From Candidatus Micrarchaeota archaeon (lineage in GTDB: Archaea; Micrarchaeota; Micrarchaeia; Micrarchaeales; CABMGC01): a stretch of DNA of 64,000 nucleotides. The notes under the pieces were generated by a model, which saw only the letters and a program-made list of their open reading frames with translations, was not told the origin of the DNA and did not search any database. How positions within the stretch are numbered: position 1 is the stretch's first letter; the number at the start of each line of letters is the position of its first letter. A program made the translations under genes and the position numbers. The stretch spans positions 60,868 to 124,867 of the forward strand of contig JAKASP010000001.1 in assembly GCA_021818995.1 (NCBI GenBank), in the 5' to 3' direction. This document shows positions 46,022 to 55,671 of the stretch, one piece after another.

Positions 46022-47137
46022 ATGGCTGACAAGAAGGTCCTGGAGCAGAAGCTGGAGGAGCTGCAGAAGGACTACTCGAAGACCAAGTACAACAAGGCCA
46101 CGAACACGTACCTCGGCCTGCTGAGGCACAAGATGGCCCTGATAAGGAAGACGCTCTCGGAGAGGAAGAAGAGGAAGGGCACAGGCTTCGCTGTCAAGAA
46201 GACCGGAGACGCGACAGTGGTGATGGTCGGCTTCCCCAACGCGGGCAAGTCCTCGCTGCTCGGCAGGCTGACCGAGGCCGAGTCAAAGGTAGCGGATTAC
46301 GCTTTCACAACACTTGACGTCATCCCAGGCATGCTCGAGTACGAAGGGGCGAGCATACAGCTGCTAGACGTGCCAGGGCTGATAGAGGGCGCGCACGCTG
46401 GCAAGGGCGCGGGAACGCAGATAGCGAGCGTGATGCGCGTCGCTGACCTTCTGCTCTTCGTGGTGGACGCGACCGAGCCTGAGCAGATACACAAGCTGAT
46501 AGAGGAGCTGTCGCTTCTTGACATAAAGGTGAACAGGGAGAAGCCGAGGGTGCTGGTCGAGGCCAGGAAGGGCGGAGGTGTCGATGTTGAGTCGAACAGG
46601 CACAAGGTTCCAGGCAAGAAGGAGATAGAGGCTGTTCTCCACGAGATAGGCACGTACAACTGCAAGGTAATCTTCTACAACGACATGGACATCGATGAGC
46701 TCATAGCCGTGCTTGTCGACAATGCGGTGTACACGCGGGGCATAATAGCGCTGAACAAGATAGACCTGCTCGCCGATTCGAAGACCGATCAGGTCAGGAG
46801 AGAGCTCGAGGCCAAGACGCGCATGCGCGTCGTGCCTGTAAGCGCAGAGCACGGATCGAACATCGACAGGCTGAAGGAGGCGATCTTCGCGAACCTGAGC
46901 CTGATGCGCATCTACCTGAAGCCCAAGGACGGCGAGGCCGATTACGCTAAGCCGTTCGTGCTGAAGGATGGCGGCTCTGTCTCTGACCTCGCGAAGGGCC
47001 TGCACTCCAAGGCCGCGAAGAACCTGAAGTGCGCGTTCGTCACAGGAAGGAGCGCTAGGTTCGCAAACCAGAAAGTGGGAGGCGAGCACGTGCTGCGCGA
47101 CGGCGACGTCGTTACTCTGGTCTACGACAAGTTCTAA
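46022..47137 (+). CDS. DRG/OBG-family GTPase with TGS domain
   Basis: GFPNAGKS, YAFTT, DVPG, NKID, C-terminal TGS. Confidence 0.95.
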   Translation: MADKKVLEQKLEELQKDYSKTKYNKATNTYLGLLRHKMALIRKTLSERKKRKGTGFAVKKTGDATVVMVGFPNAGKSSLLGRLTEAESKVADYAFTTLDVIPGMLEYEGASIQLLDVPGLIEGAHAGKGAGTQIASVMRVADLLLFVVDATEPEQIHKLIEELSLLDIKVNREKPRVLVEARKGGGVDVESNRHKVPGKKEIEAVLHEIGTYNCKVIFYNDMDIDELIAVLVDNAVYTRGIIALNKIDLLADSKTDQVRRELEAKTRMRVVPVSAEHGSNIDRLKEAIFANLSLMRIYLKPKDGEADYAKPFVLKDGGSVSDLAKGLHSKAAKNLKCAFVTGRSARFANQKVGGEHVLRDGDVVTLVYDKF

Positions 47138-47177
47138 GCCAGGGAAGTTATTATAAAAACAATCGAAGGATAGTATC

Positions 47178-47888
47178 ATGGCACGCAGGCCCTATTTCAT
47201 AAGAGTCTCATCGCAAAAGGGCGGAGTCGGCAAGACGGTCGTATCTGTGAACCTGGCCGCGGCGCTCGCCATAAGGGGCAAGAAGGTGCTGCTCGCCGAT
47301 GCGGATTTCTCGAACCCATGCGTGGGCATACACCTCAGGTTTGAGAAGGTGGAAACTGGGATCATGGAGGTGCTGGAGGGCGATGCGAAGATAGAGGAGG
47401 CGATAGTCAAGTACTTCCCTGCTGGTCTGAGCGTGCTGCCCGGCTCGCTCATGGACCTGCCCGGCTCGCTGACGGACGAGAAGATAAAGCGGGTGGGGGG
47501 GCCGCTGCAGCAGATGGACTACGACTTCGTGATATTCGACACGGCCCCGGGCATACTCTCGGATGCGGTGCTCAAGTACTACGACGAGGCGCTGCTCGTG
47601 ATAACTCCGGACCTGCCCTCGCTTACATCCGTGATCAGGCTTGCGGAGATCTACAAGAAGAACGGGGTAAAGAGCAACTTCGTAGTGAACAGGGTCGCTG
47701 GCGAGAAGCACGAGATAAGCGTAGAGCAGATAGAGGACGGGCTGGAGAAGCGGGCGCTGGGCGTGCTTCCGGAGGACAGGGAGGTTTCTGTGAGCGTTGC
47801 GAAGCAGATCCCGATATTCATCGCTAACGAGGACGCGCCGTTCTCGCAGGCGATAGCCAGGCTCGCGGACCACTACCTGCACGTGTGA
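47178..47888 (+). CDS. MinD/ParA-family ATPase
   Basis: KGGVGKT deviant Walker A, DAD, DTAPG, VVNR. Confidence 0.88.
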   Translation: MARRPYFIRVSSQKGGVGKTVVSVNLAAALAIRGKKVLLADADFSNPCVGIHLRFEKVETGIMEVLEGDAKIEEAIVKYFPAGLSVLPGSLMDLPGSLTDEKIKRVGGPLQQMDYDFVIFDTAPGILSDAVLKYYDEALLVITPDLPSLTSVIRLAEIYKKNGVKSNFVVNRVAGEKHEISVEQIEDGLEKRALGVLPEDREVSVSVAKQIPIFIANEDAPFSQAIARLADHYLHV

Positions 47889-47935
47889 GCGCTGCAGAAT
47901 CCGCACGAAATCTATAAATAAAGAAAGCTCTTAGC

Positions 47936-48355
47936 ATGAAGCAGGGAGGAGTGGTGGAAGCGGTTCAGGAGAAGCTTCGTGACGCTGACGGAAGGCGCGG
48001 AATTAGGGAGACGCTTGCTGGAGCGCTACGCGTTGACAGGCTGAAGGAGAGCCCGTGGACCCAGATACTACACTCTCCGCTCAGGTATGCGCTCGGGATG
48101 TCTGCCGTGGCCTTCGGCGAGGGCTTCGCTAGATACTTCAACCACACAGTCCTCTTCCCTGCGTTCCCGAATGTGCTTGACTCAGTGGGCATGGTTTCCA
48201 TAGGCGCGTTCCTGCTGATCGACGTTGTTCGCGACGTGAAGAGGCGCACGGAAGTCAAGAACGAGGCGATGCTTCTGCTCAGGCGCGCCGCGAAGCACCC
48301 GCAGCAATCGAAGCTTGACCCGTTCGTACGGGGCGGGCGCGACAAAGGAGACTGA
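47936..48355 (+). CDS. Hypothetical two-TM membrane protein
   Basis: ORF with own TATA-like element; two hydrophobic segments. Confidence 0.55.
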   Translation: MKQGGVVEAVQEKLRDADGRRGIRETLAGALRVDRLKESPWTQILHSPLRYALGMSAVAFGEGFARYFNHTVLFPAFPNVLDSVGMVSIGAFLLIDVVRDVKRRTEVKNEAMLLLRRAAKHPQQSKLDPFVRGGRDKGD

Positions 48356-48382
48356 AAACAGGGCGTTAGCAACACTATAAGT

Positions 48383-48610
48383 ATGTGGAAGTCCAATGCA
48401 TATGCAGGCGAACCAATGACAATGGAGAAAAACACCGGCATCTTCGTACTTCTCATGAAGAACACGAACAAGATGGAGCTCGACAAGTCGATAATGTCAA
48501 AGCTGGGGCTGAGCAAGATAGGCTACGTGCTGAACAAGGACTACCTGATGACAAGGCGGGAGGACCTGAAGGGCGCGATCAGGGAGCTGAAGGGCTGGCA
48601 CCTAATCTGA
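48383..48610 (+). CDS. Small hypothetical protein
   Basis: 75 aa ORF, host-like codons. Confidence 0.45.
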   Translation: MWKSNAYAGEPMTMEKNTGIFVLLMKNTNKMELDKSIMSKLGLSKIGYVLNKDYLMTRREDLKGAIRELKGWHLI

Positions 48611-48672
48611 GGAGTGCCGCATAATATTGTCTCTTAAACTCTGCGTTTCTAAGTAATATTGAATGTGATAGA

Positions 48673-48864
48673 ATGAAGGGAAAAGTAAAGATGTTCAATG
48701 CCGCACGCGGCTTTGGATTCATCACTGGAGATGACGGAAAGGACGTATACGTGCACACCTCGGCGATTGCAGGGGGCGCTGCGCTCGCTGTCGGAGACGA
48801 GGTAGAGTACGAGGTCGAAGAGGGTGAACGCGGACCGCGCGCAAAGAACGTCAAGAAGCTCTGA
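48673..48864 (+). CDS. Cold-shock domain protein (CspA family)
   Basis: GKVKMFN, RGFGFI (RNP1), VYVH (RNP2), GPRAKNV. Confidence 0.95.
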   Translation: MKGKVKMFNAARGFGFITGDDGKDVYVHTSAIAGGAALAVGDEVEYEVEEGERGPRAKNVKKL

Positions 48865-48933
48865 GATCGCTAAACCTACCAAGTAGTTATAGCAGCTAGC
48901 CGCGGCTGGAAGAGGAACGCTAAAAGTGATAAG

Positions 48934-49419
48934 ATGACTAAACCTATAAGGGAACTGACCATAACGCGCACGTTCGATGCGCCACGTGAGATTGTCTGGA
49001 AGGCGTGGACCGACCAGAAGACTGTGCAGAGGTGGTGGGGGCCGAGGGGCGTCAGCAACCCGACATGCGTCTGGGAGGCCAGGCCGAACGGCAGGATAGA
49101 GATAGTGATGCTGGCTGGCAAGGAACTGGGCCCTGCTGCAGGCCAGAGATGGCCGATGAACGGCGTGTTCAGGGAGGTGAAGCCGATGAGCAGGCTCGCC
49201 TTCACATCGAATGCGATAGACGACAGGCAGGAGGCGCTGCTGGAGAACGAGGTCACGGTAGACTTCACGGACGAGAACGGCAAGACTAAGATGGTACTGC
49301 GCGTTGCGGTCATGAAGGCTGTAGCCGGCAAGACGGAGATGATGCTCCAGGGCATGGAGATGGGCTGGAACCAGCAGATAGACAAGCTGGGCGAGGCTGT
49401 AGAAGGGAAGAGGGCATGA
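48934..49419 (+). CDS. SRPBCC/AHSA1-like domain protein
   Basis: ITRTFDAPREIVWKAWTD...WWGP; GMEMGWNQQIDKL. Confidence 0.9.
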   Translation: MTKPIRELTITRTFDAPREIVWKAWTDQKTVQRWWGPRGVSNPTCVWEARPNGRIEIVMLAGKELGPAAGQRWPMNGVFREVKPMSRLAFTSNAIDDRQEALLENEVTVDFTDENGKTKMVLRVAVMKAVAGKTEMMLQGMEMGWNQQIDKLGEAVEGKRA

Positions 49420-49646
49420 CGTACAAGGCGTACATTGACAACGTAAGGAAGCAGACTGGCAAGGGCCCGGAGTACTACGCTGCCGAGGCGAAGAAGAAAG
49501 GACTGAGCAAGTACAGCGAGCTGCTCAGGTGGCTGAAGGCGGACTGCGGCCTCGGACACGGGCACGCGAACGCCATCATCCTGTACATACGGAACCCCGA
49601 GATGGCCAAGAGGAAGATCTCCGAAGACGCCAAGAAGCAGAAATGA
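49416..49646 (+). CDS. DUF4287 family protein
   Basis: YIDNVRKQTGK...WLKADCGLGHGHANAI. Confidence 0.85.
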   Translation: MTYKAYIDNVRKQTGKGPEYYAAEAKKKGLSKYSELLRWLKADCGLGHGHANAIILYIRNPEMAKRKISEDAKKQK

Positions 49647-49718
49647 TGCCTGGATTGAAACTGCCGGATAACAGAGTTATATAAACGTTTTCTTGCAAAT
49701 ATTCTGCAAGGGGGTATA

Positions 49719-50885
49719 GTGGCAAACAATGGACTACTGTTAGGTGCGGGCGTACTGGTTGTGATCATAATAATAGCGGCCGTGGCGCTGCTCGGAACTG
49801 CTCCGAGCACCAACACAACTACGGTTCCCTACCAGAGCCAGAGTTTCGCGGCTCCTGTGATGATAACAGACCCTGCGCAGGTCCCCGCAGGCACATCCGC
49901 ACTGGTCTTCACCTATTCTAACGTCCAGATCAACGTAACGGGCCCTGGAGGGCCTCACTGGGTCAACGCAACCGGCAGCGGCAGCGTGAACCTGATAGCG
50001 ATAATAAACAAGACGCAGGTCATGGGATACGCTAACGTGAACGGAAGCGTGCAGATAACGCAGGTCAGGCTGCTCGTGAACTCTGTGCAGATAACGGTCA
50101 ACAATACAGTGTACGTTGTGCCAGTCGCGTACGCGCAGCTCACTCTTCCGATAAGCGGAAATGCAAACGCGAACGCAGGCTCCGGAGTTCTGATCGACTA
50201 TGCGCCTACTGTATCGCCCGCCTTTAACGGCAACGCGACCGCGTTCGTCAGGGTGCCGTCGGGAAGGGCGGTAGTTACAGGCAACATAAACAGCTCGACA
50301 AGCACCAACGTCGGCGGCGTCTTCCAGATAAGTACAAGCGCGAGGGCTTCGCTCGCTGCGGTAACCCCGACTCTCGTGATAAGCAACGCCTCGTTCTCAG
50401 CATCGGGCAACTCCACAAGCGTATCTGTCACGGTCAAGAACAACGGGAACCAGAGCGTGACCCTTAGCAACCTCGTGCTCTACGGGGCGCAGAACGTCAA
50501 CACCACAGCGTCGTTCAACGCGAGCGTGGGCGCCAACATGGCGGCCATGGTGAGGGAGAGCATAATCGCAGGCAGGGCTGTCGCAGGCCTGCTGAACGCC
50601 AACGTGATGGCGCTTGTGAGCGTGGGGCTGAACATGCGCGCGTTCGCGATGCAGAACTTCGCGATAAGCTCCGGAGGCTCGCTGAACCTGGTCACCAACT
50701 ATACCGCATCGCAGACTACCGGCGCCACGGTGGCCCCGGGATCGAGCGTTACCTTGACGTACAGCGGAGTGGCGCAGTACAACTCAGGCACGTTCACCAC
50801 AACGCCGGTTTCCGGATCGCAGTACAGGATACTGGTCGGAAGCAAGACCGGAGCTAGCGCGTACGGAACAGTGACGGCCACGTAG
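49719..50885 (+). CDS. Membrane-anchored surface protein (DUF4382-like N-terminal domain)
   Basis: N-terminal TM, VMITDP motif, beta-rich, many sequons. Confidence 0.65.
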   Translation: MANNGLLLGAGVLVVIIIIAAVALLGTAPSTNTTTVPYQSQSFAAPVMITDPAQVPAGTSALVFTYSNVQINVTGPGGPHWVNATGSGSVNLIAIINKTQVMGYANVNGSVQITQVRLLVNSVQITVNNTVYVVPVAYAQLTLPISGNANANAGSGVLIDYAPTVSPAFNGNATAFVRVPSGRAVVTGNINSSTSTNVGGVFQISTSARASLAAVTPTLVISNASFSASGNSTSVSVTVKNNGNQSVTLSNLVLYGAQNVNTTASFNASVGANMAAMVRESIIAGRAVAGLLNANVMALVSVGLNMRAFAMQNFAISSGGSLNLVTNYTASQTTGATVAPGSSVTLTYSGVAQYNSGTFTTTPVSGSQYRILVGSKTGASAYGTVTAT

Positions 50886-50926
50886 TATGAGCCGGGATTA
50901 GCGTTGGTGCAAGCGCTGAAGCGGGG

Positions 50927-51190
50927 TCACTTCCACTGCTCCCAGTCCTTGGCCCTCCAGCTCTTCATCTGCTTCATGTAGGGCGCCCACCACAGTATCC
51001 AGAGTATGCTTATCAGCGCGCACGCGGCTATGAGCACGGCTATGACCACTATTATCTTCTGGAAGATGCTGAAGCCATTAGCGTAGAAAGCTACGAAGAG
51101 CAGCGAGCCTATCAGCGCTATCGAGCCGATCAGCACCGTGGCTATTATCTTGCCGACCATCTTCTTGAACATCTTTCCTGGCTGCTCCAT
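50927..51190 (-). CDS. Small two-TM membrane protein
   Basis: 87 aa hydrophobic hairpin. Confidence 0.7.
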   Translation of the reverse strand: MEQPGKMFKKMVGKIIATVLIGSIALIGSLLFVAFYANGFSIFQKIIVVIAVLIAACALISILWILWWAPYMKQMKSWRAKDWEQWK

Positions 51191-51238
51191 GATACCATAC
51201 GCATGCGCAGCCGTAAAACACTTTCCGTTGCGCGCCTC

Positions 51239-51715
51239 TCAGTTGAGCATCCATATGGAGAAGTTCAGCAAGGTGGCGAACGCGACCCAGAGCAGGTAGG
51301 GGATCAGCAGGTAGGCCGCTGACCTGGAGACCCTGCGGAACTCCGCGATTGTGAGCAGTATAGCCAGGAACAGGAGCACTATGTCGACCAGGCCGTAGAG
51401 CGGGGAGTGCAGGCCGAAGAAGAGGAAGGACCAGAAGACGTTGAGCGCTAGCTGGAGGTCGAAGGCCTGTAGCGCTACGCGCGCCCTCTTGTTCTTCTTT
51501 CTCGCCTCCCAGACCAGATACAGCGCTATTCCGATGAGCGCGAAGAGTACGGTCCAGACCGGTGCGAAGACCCAGTTCGGGGGATTGAACGCCGGCTTGA
51601 CCAGGCCTGCGTACCAGGTGCCGATCGCCGGCAGGGTGAAGAGCGTGCCTATGTTCCCTATCAGCTCCACTATGACTATCGCTGCAATAAGCCCTATGGC
51701 CTGTTTCGCATTCAT
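51239..51715 (-). CDS. tspO: TspO/MBR tryptophan-rich sensory protein
   Basis: [34 protein letters not shown]. Confidence 0.93.
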   Translation of the reverse strand: MNAKQAIGLIAAIVIVELIGNIGTLFTLPAIGTWYAGLVKPAFNPPNWVFAPVWTVLFALIGIALYLVWEARKKNKRARVALQAFDLQLALNVFWSFLFFGLHSPLYGLVDIVLLFLAILLTIAEFRRVSRSAAYLLIPYLLWVAFATLLNFSIWMLN

Positions 51716-52137
51716 GCCTTGCCCACTGCCTTCTTCACGAGCGCTGCGATCTTAGCCTCTTCGGAAGCGGTCAGCTTCTTCACAGCGTAGGAGATGGGCC
51801 ACATGTTGCCCTCGTCTAGGTTCGCCTTGTCGCTGAAGCCCAGGGTCGCGTACCTGGCCTTGAACTTGCTCGCGTCCTGGAAGAAGCAGATGACCTTGTC
51901 GCCCTTCGTGTATGCAGGCATCCCGTACCAGGTCCTCATCGTAAGCTGCGGCGCGCTGGCCTTGATTATGGAGTGTATGCGTTTGGCCATGGTGCGGTCC
52001 GGTTCAGGCATCTTGGCTATCTTCGCAAGTATGGCGCCCTCGCCCTCCGTTCCGGACCTTCGCTCCTCGAGGGTCTCCTTCATCGCCTCTATCTCCTCGC
52101 GGGTCAGCCCTGCGGACTTCGCGTTTGACTTCTTCAT
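51712..52137 (-). CDS. DUF1801 (YdhG-like) protein
   Basis: [27 protein letters not shown]. Confidence 0.88.
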   Translation of the reverse strand: MKKSNAKSAGLTREEIEAMKETLEERRSGTEGEGAILAKIAKMPEPDRTMAKRIHSIIKASAPQLTMRTWYGMPAYTKGDKVICFFQDASKFKARYATLGFSDKANLDEGNMWPISYAVKKLTASEEAKIAALVKKAVGKA

Positions 52138-52220
52138 CTTATCCCACTCGTTCTATGCGCATCAGTACGGCGCTAAAAGATATATTCCTTACTCGCCCCT
52201 CCGCATGCCATGGTCATTAT

Positions 52221-52293
52221 CGGGGAGTTTGGGATTTGAACCCAAGTCATGTCCGCCCGAGGGACATAGCCTACCAAGCTAGCAGAACTCCCC
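52221..52293 (-). tRNA. tRNA-Pro(CGG), with atypical D-stem
   Basis: Acceptor GGGGAGT/ACTCCCC, TGTCC-CTCGGGC-GGACA, TTGGG-TTCAAAT-CCCAA. Confidence 0.8.
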
Positions 52294-52347
52294 TTGATTT
52301 GAATCTTAGCACAAAAAAGTTAAATAGGTGAGAAGAAAGTCGGTTGT

Positions 52348-52635
52348 ATGGAGAAGGCAAGGTCTAGGTCCGGACTGGAAGAGTACTTGAAACATTACGG
52401 TTACGATCCGGGGCCGTTGGGACCCATCAACTACGGAGAGCACGTACCTCCAGATCTGCTTGATTTTTGCGCCGAAGGAGTGTTGAAGATGGAGGCGCTG
52501 TCGAAGCACAAGAGGCATATTGAAGAATGCGAGACCTGCCGGAGAAACTTTGAAGCGATTTTCCGCGTGCCTTACGGCGAAGGTCCTGGAAAAAAGAGCA
52601 TACCTGAAAGAGGTTTGCCTGCTAGAAGGGTTTGA
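52348..52635 (+). CDS. Hypothetical protein with zf-HC2-like motif
   Basis: H...HIEECETC pattern. Confidence 0.5.
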   Translation: MEKARSRSGLEEYLKHYGYDPGPLGPINYGEHVPPDLLDFCAEGVLKMEALSKHKRHIEECETCRRNFEAIFRVPYGEGPGKKSIPERGLPARRV

Positions 52636-53095
52636 TTAGAGCCTTTCTTATAACCTTCAGGATGAACTTGGGATCGGCGAAGACGTTCGTGTATAGGCGC
52701 CCGTTCTCTATGTCCGAGAGGCTGGCCCACCTGTACGCGGTGTTCTCGATGTTCTTCCTCACTGCTTTGGTCCTGGACCTGAATAGGTATAGGGTGTTGT
52801 AGAACTTCCTCTCGTGCTTCTCGTCTATCTTCAGCACCTCCGCGTATCTCCCTGCGAGTTCCAGATCTGCCCTTGCGATTCCTGCCTCCTCGAACACCTC
52901 CCTGTAAGCTGTCTCGTCCTCGCTCTCCCCCTCTTCCCTGTGTCCAGCCACGAAGGTCCAGACCCCTGGGTAGACTATGAAGGGCAGCCAGAGCCTCTTC
53001 ATCACCAACACCTTATTGGAATTGAGTATTATGGCTGTTATTCCCTGCATCCTGACCAGTTTGAACCCAGGGTATGCTTTCCGTTCGGACATCAT
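52622..53095 (-). CDS. NUDIX hydrolase
   Basis: GHREEGESEDETAYREVFEEAG Nudix box. Confidence 0.92.
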   Translation of the reverse strand: MMSERKAYPGFKLVRMQGITAIILNSNKVLVMKRLWLPFIVYPGVWTFVAGHREEGESEDETAYREVFEEAGIARADLELAGRYAEVLKIDEKHERKFYNTLYLFRSRTKAVRKNIENTAYRWASLSDIENGRLYTNVFADPKFILKVIRKALIKPF

Positions 53096-53124
53096 AAATA
53101 TTTATCATGAAAACGTTATAAGAG

Positions 53125-54345
53125 GTGGCGATAGTGTTCGAGGCAGAGCAGCTTTCGGTCAGGCGTACGCCGATCGCTTACCTCAACATGAGGAACCCGC
53201 AGCTGCTCAAGTACTACTATAAGTTCAAGACACTGAGCCTGATAGACAAGGAGGAGATAAGCGGGTCAAGCCCGCCGGACATCTTCATAGGCAGGATAGG
53301 CTATCCGAACGTCTACGTGGGGCCGCTGGTTCCGCCCATACTTGGCGACACGAGCGAGATGGGAATGCCGGAGACCTGGGTGAACAAGACCATACCGGAG
53401 ATAGTAGAGGCGAGGAGCATGCTCGTCAGGGGCATGCTGAAGGAGAACATACACAACGTGGAGAGCGGCAGGGTGAGCGGCATGCTCCAGGAGCTGGCCA
53501 TAGCTGACAGGTACGCGGGAGTGGACATGAAGCTGACGCACAGGCCCAACCTCACGGTCAAGTTCGACGAGAACAGCCAGCCTTTTGGGCCAAGCGCGCC
53601 GCTCAGGGAGATGGCGATAGGGAACACGAAGGCGAACAGGCAGATGGAGAAGGCGTACTTCGACACCGCTATGGGCGCGGCGACGGGCATGGTGGAGCTC
53701 TACGAGAAGGGGGTGGAGGTGTCAAGGATACAGAAGATCCTGGCCGCGGGCGGGCTGGGACTGAAGAACAACAGGAAGTTCGTGCCCACAAGGTGGAGCA
53801 TAACGGCAGTGGACGACACGCTGGGCAAGTACAAGCTGAAGGAGGTGAAGCAGAGCGACAGCATAGAGCAGATAACGGTCTTCGAGGACGTTGCATTGGA
53901 CAACAGGTGGCTCGTGCTCCTCTTCCCAGGAGCCTGGAGCTACGAGCTGGTTGAGGCGTGGTACCCGAACACGATCTGGAACCAGGACACGAAGAACATA
54001 GCCATATTCTCGAGCAGCGAGTTCTTCGCAGGCAGGAAGACCTACGCAGAGATAGGTGGGTGCTATTACGCGGCGAGGCTGGCCACGTCAGAGTACCTTG
54101 ACAAGATAGGAAAGCAGGCGAGGGCGGTGATACTGAGGGAGACGCATCCTGGCTACATCATGCCCGTAGGCGTGTGGAACGTGCGCGAGCACGTCCGCGC
54201 AGCGCTGAAGAAGGAGCCGCTGCACTTTGACTCTCTGCAGAGCACGCTGAACTTCGTTGGAGTAAAGATGGCGATACCTGTGAACGAGTGGATAAAGAAC
54301 AGCGCGGTGCTGAGAGACATAATTCATCAGCGCGTTTTGGCGTAG
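53125..54345 (+). CDS. Nre family DNA repair protein (DUF650/DUF651)
   Basis: GSSPP.IFIGR.GYP.V, VPTRWSITAVD, GGCYYAARL, PVGVWNVRE. Confidence 0.9.
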   Translation: MAIVFEAEQLSVRRTPIAYLNMRNPQLLKYYYKFKTLSLIDKEEISGSSPPDIFIGRIGYPNVYVGPLVPPILGDTSEMGMPETWVNKTIPEIVEARSMLVRGMLKENIHNVESGRVSGMLQELAIADRYAGVDMKLTHRPNLTVKFDENSQPFGPSAPLREMAIGNTKANRQMEKAYFDTAMGAATGMVELYEKGVEVSRIQKILAAGGLGLKNNRKFVPTRWSITAVDDTLGKYKLKEVKQSDSIEQITVFEDVALDNRWLVLLFPGAWSYELVEAWYPNTIWNQDTKNIAIFSSSEFFAGRKTYAEIGGCYYAARLATSEYLDKIGKQARAVILRETHPGYIMPVGVWNVREHVRAALKKEPLHFDSLQSTLNFVGVKMAIPVNEWIKNSAVLRDIIHQRVLA

Positions 54346-54570
54346 ACACCCTCTCTGTCGCAAATATAGAAGAATATAAGAGAAGAAAAGGAGAGTAAGA
54401 TTTATAACAAAGTTGGGGAAATTGGCTGATTGAAATGATACTAAAGTATATAAACTCATACTTACATAAAAGAATTACGCAAAATGCGTTCTGGCAACGC
54501 TATACAAGAAGCCAACTGCTTCTGGGTGACATTTCAATGTTAGCGAAGCCAATGCAATGTGGTGCTTAAT

Positions 54571-55668
54571 ATGACAAAGAATAGCTCCAAATTTAAAGTT
54601 ATGGACCTGTTTTCTGGAGCCGGAGGCTTGAGCTTTGGCTTTCAAAAAGCAGGATTTGAAATTTCTGTCGCAATCGACAACGATCCAAATCTGATAGTAA
54701 CTCACCAGAAGAACTTCCCTGACGCCGCAGGGGTAACCCAAAACCTATTTGCTTTTGGGCCGGAATCTTTTTCAAAAGCATTCGGATTCGGAAAGGGGGA
54801 TTTAGAAGGGATAATAGGCGGCCCACCGTGCCAGGGATTTTCGCTTGCAGGTCCAAGGAATTTCTATGATGAAAGGAACAGACTATACGTGTCTTTCATC
54901 GAGTATGTCAAATTCTTCAGACCCAGTTTTTTCCTTATAGAAAATGTTCCCGGGCTCGCTGGCTTATTCAATGGCCAGGTAAGAAACAGGATAGTAACAG
55001 AATTCACGCGGATGGGCTATAAAGTAAATTCCAAGATCTTACTTGCATCTGACTACGGGGTGCCTCAAGATAGAAGGCGAATCTTTTTTGTGGGTATGAT
55101 AGAGGAAATGTTTAGTTTTCCAGATCCAACATATGTTTCCCTTCAGAACAAACAGAAAAGAATAGCATCCAAAAAGGAAAAAGTAACTGTGAGGGATGCG
55201 ATAAATGACTTACCTCTGTTGAAAAATGAACTCGGAGCCGAGGAAATGCCGTATCCAACGGGTCCTAAAAGCGATTATCAGAAAATGATCAGGGTGAACT
55301 CAGATATGATCCACAATCATGTTGCAACCAAACATACAGAACAAACAACGAAGATAATCTCATTAGTTCCTCAAGGAAAGAATTACAAAAGTCTACCTAG
55401 AGCTTTGCAAAAAGTCAGAAATTTCCATGTGGCCTGGACAAGGCTTCACTACGATAAACCCTCCCCGACTATCGATACGGGCCACCGGCATCACTTCCAT
55501 CCGGAAGCAAACAGAGTGTTGACGGTCAGAGAATCGGCACGAATTCAATCGTTTCCTGATACATTTATATTCTATGGAAGTAAGACATCACAGTACAAGC
55601 AAGTCGGAAATGCTGTTCCGCCGTTGCTTGCCCAAGTAATTGCTGAGGAAATAAAGAGGAGGTTGTGA
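54571..55668 (+). CDS. DNA (cytosine-5)-methyltransferase M1
   Basis: DLFSGAGG, GGPPCQGFS, ENV, QDRRR, VGNAVPP. Confidence 0.96.
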   Translation: MTKNSSKFKVMDLFSGAGGLSFGFQKAGFEISVAIDNDPNLIVTHQKNFPDAAGVTQNLFAFGPESFSKAFGFGKGDLEGIIGGPPCQGFSLAGPRNFYDERNRLYVSFIEYVKFFRPSFFLIENVPGLAGLFNGQVRNRIVTEFTRMGYKVNSKILLASDYGVPQDRRRIFFVGMIEEMFSFPDPTYVSLQNKQKRIASKKEKVTVRDAINDLPLLKNELGAEEMPYPTGPKSDYQKMIRVNSDMIHNHVATKHTEQTTKIISLVPQGKNYKSLPRALQKVRNFHVAWTRLHYDKPSPTIDTGHRHHFHPEANRVLTVRESARIQSFPDTFIFYGSKTSQYKQVGNAVPPLLAQVIAEEIKRRL

Positions 55669-55671
55669 CCT

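Noticed and set aside
2336-47906. Many long antisense or alternate-frame ORFs (e.g. 2336..3295, 13062..13976, 17097..18257, 21580..22443, 30080..31066, 35717..36841, 46364..47179)
   Set aside because: They overlap well-supported genes, lack motifs, and are expected shadows of GC-rich codon usage
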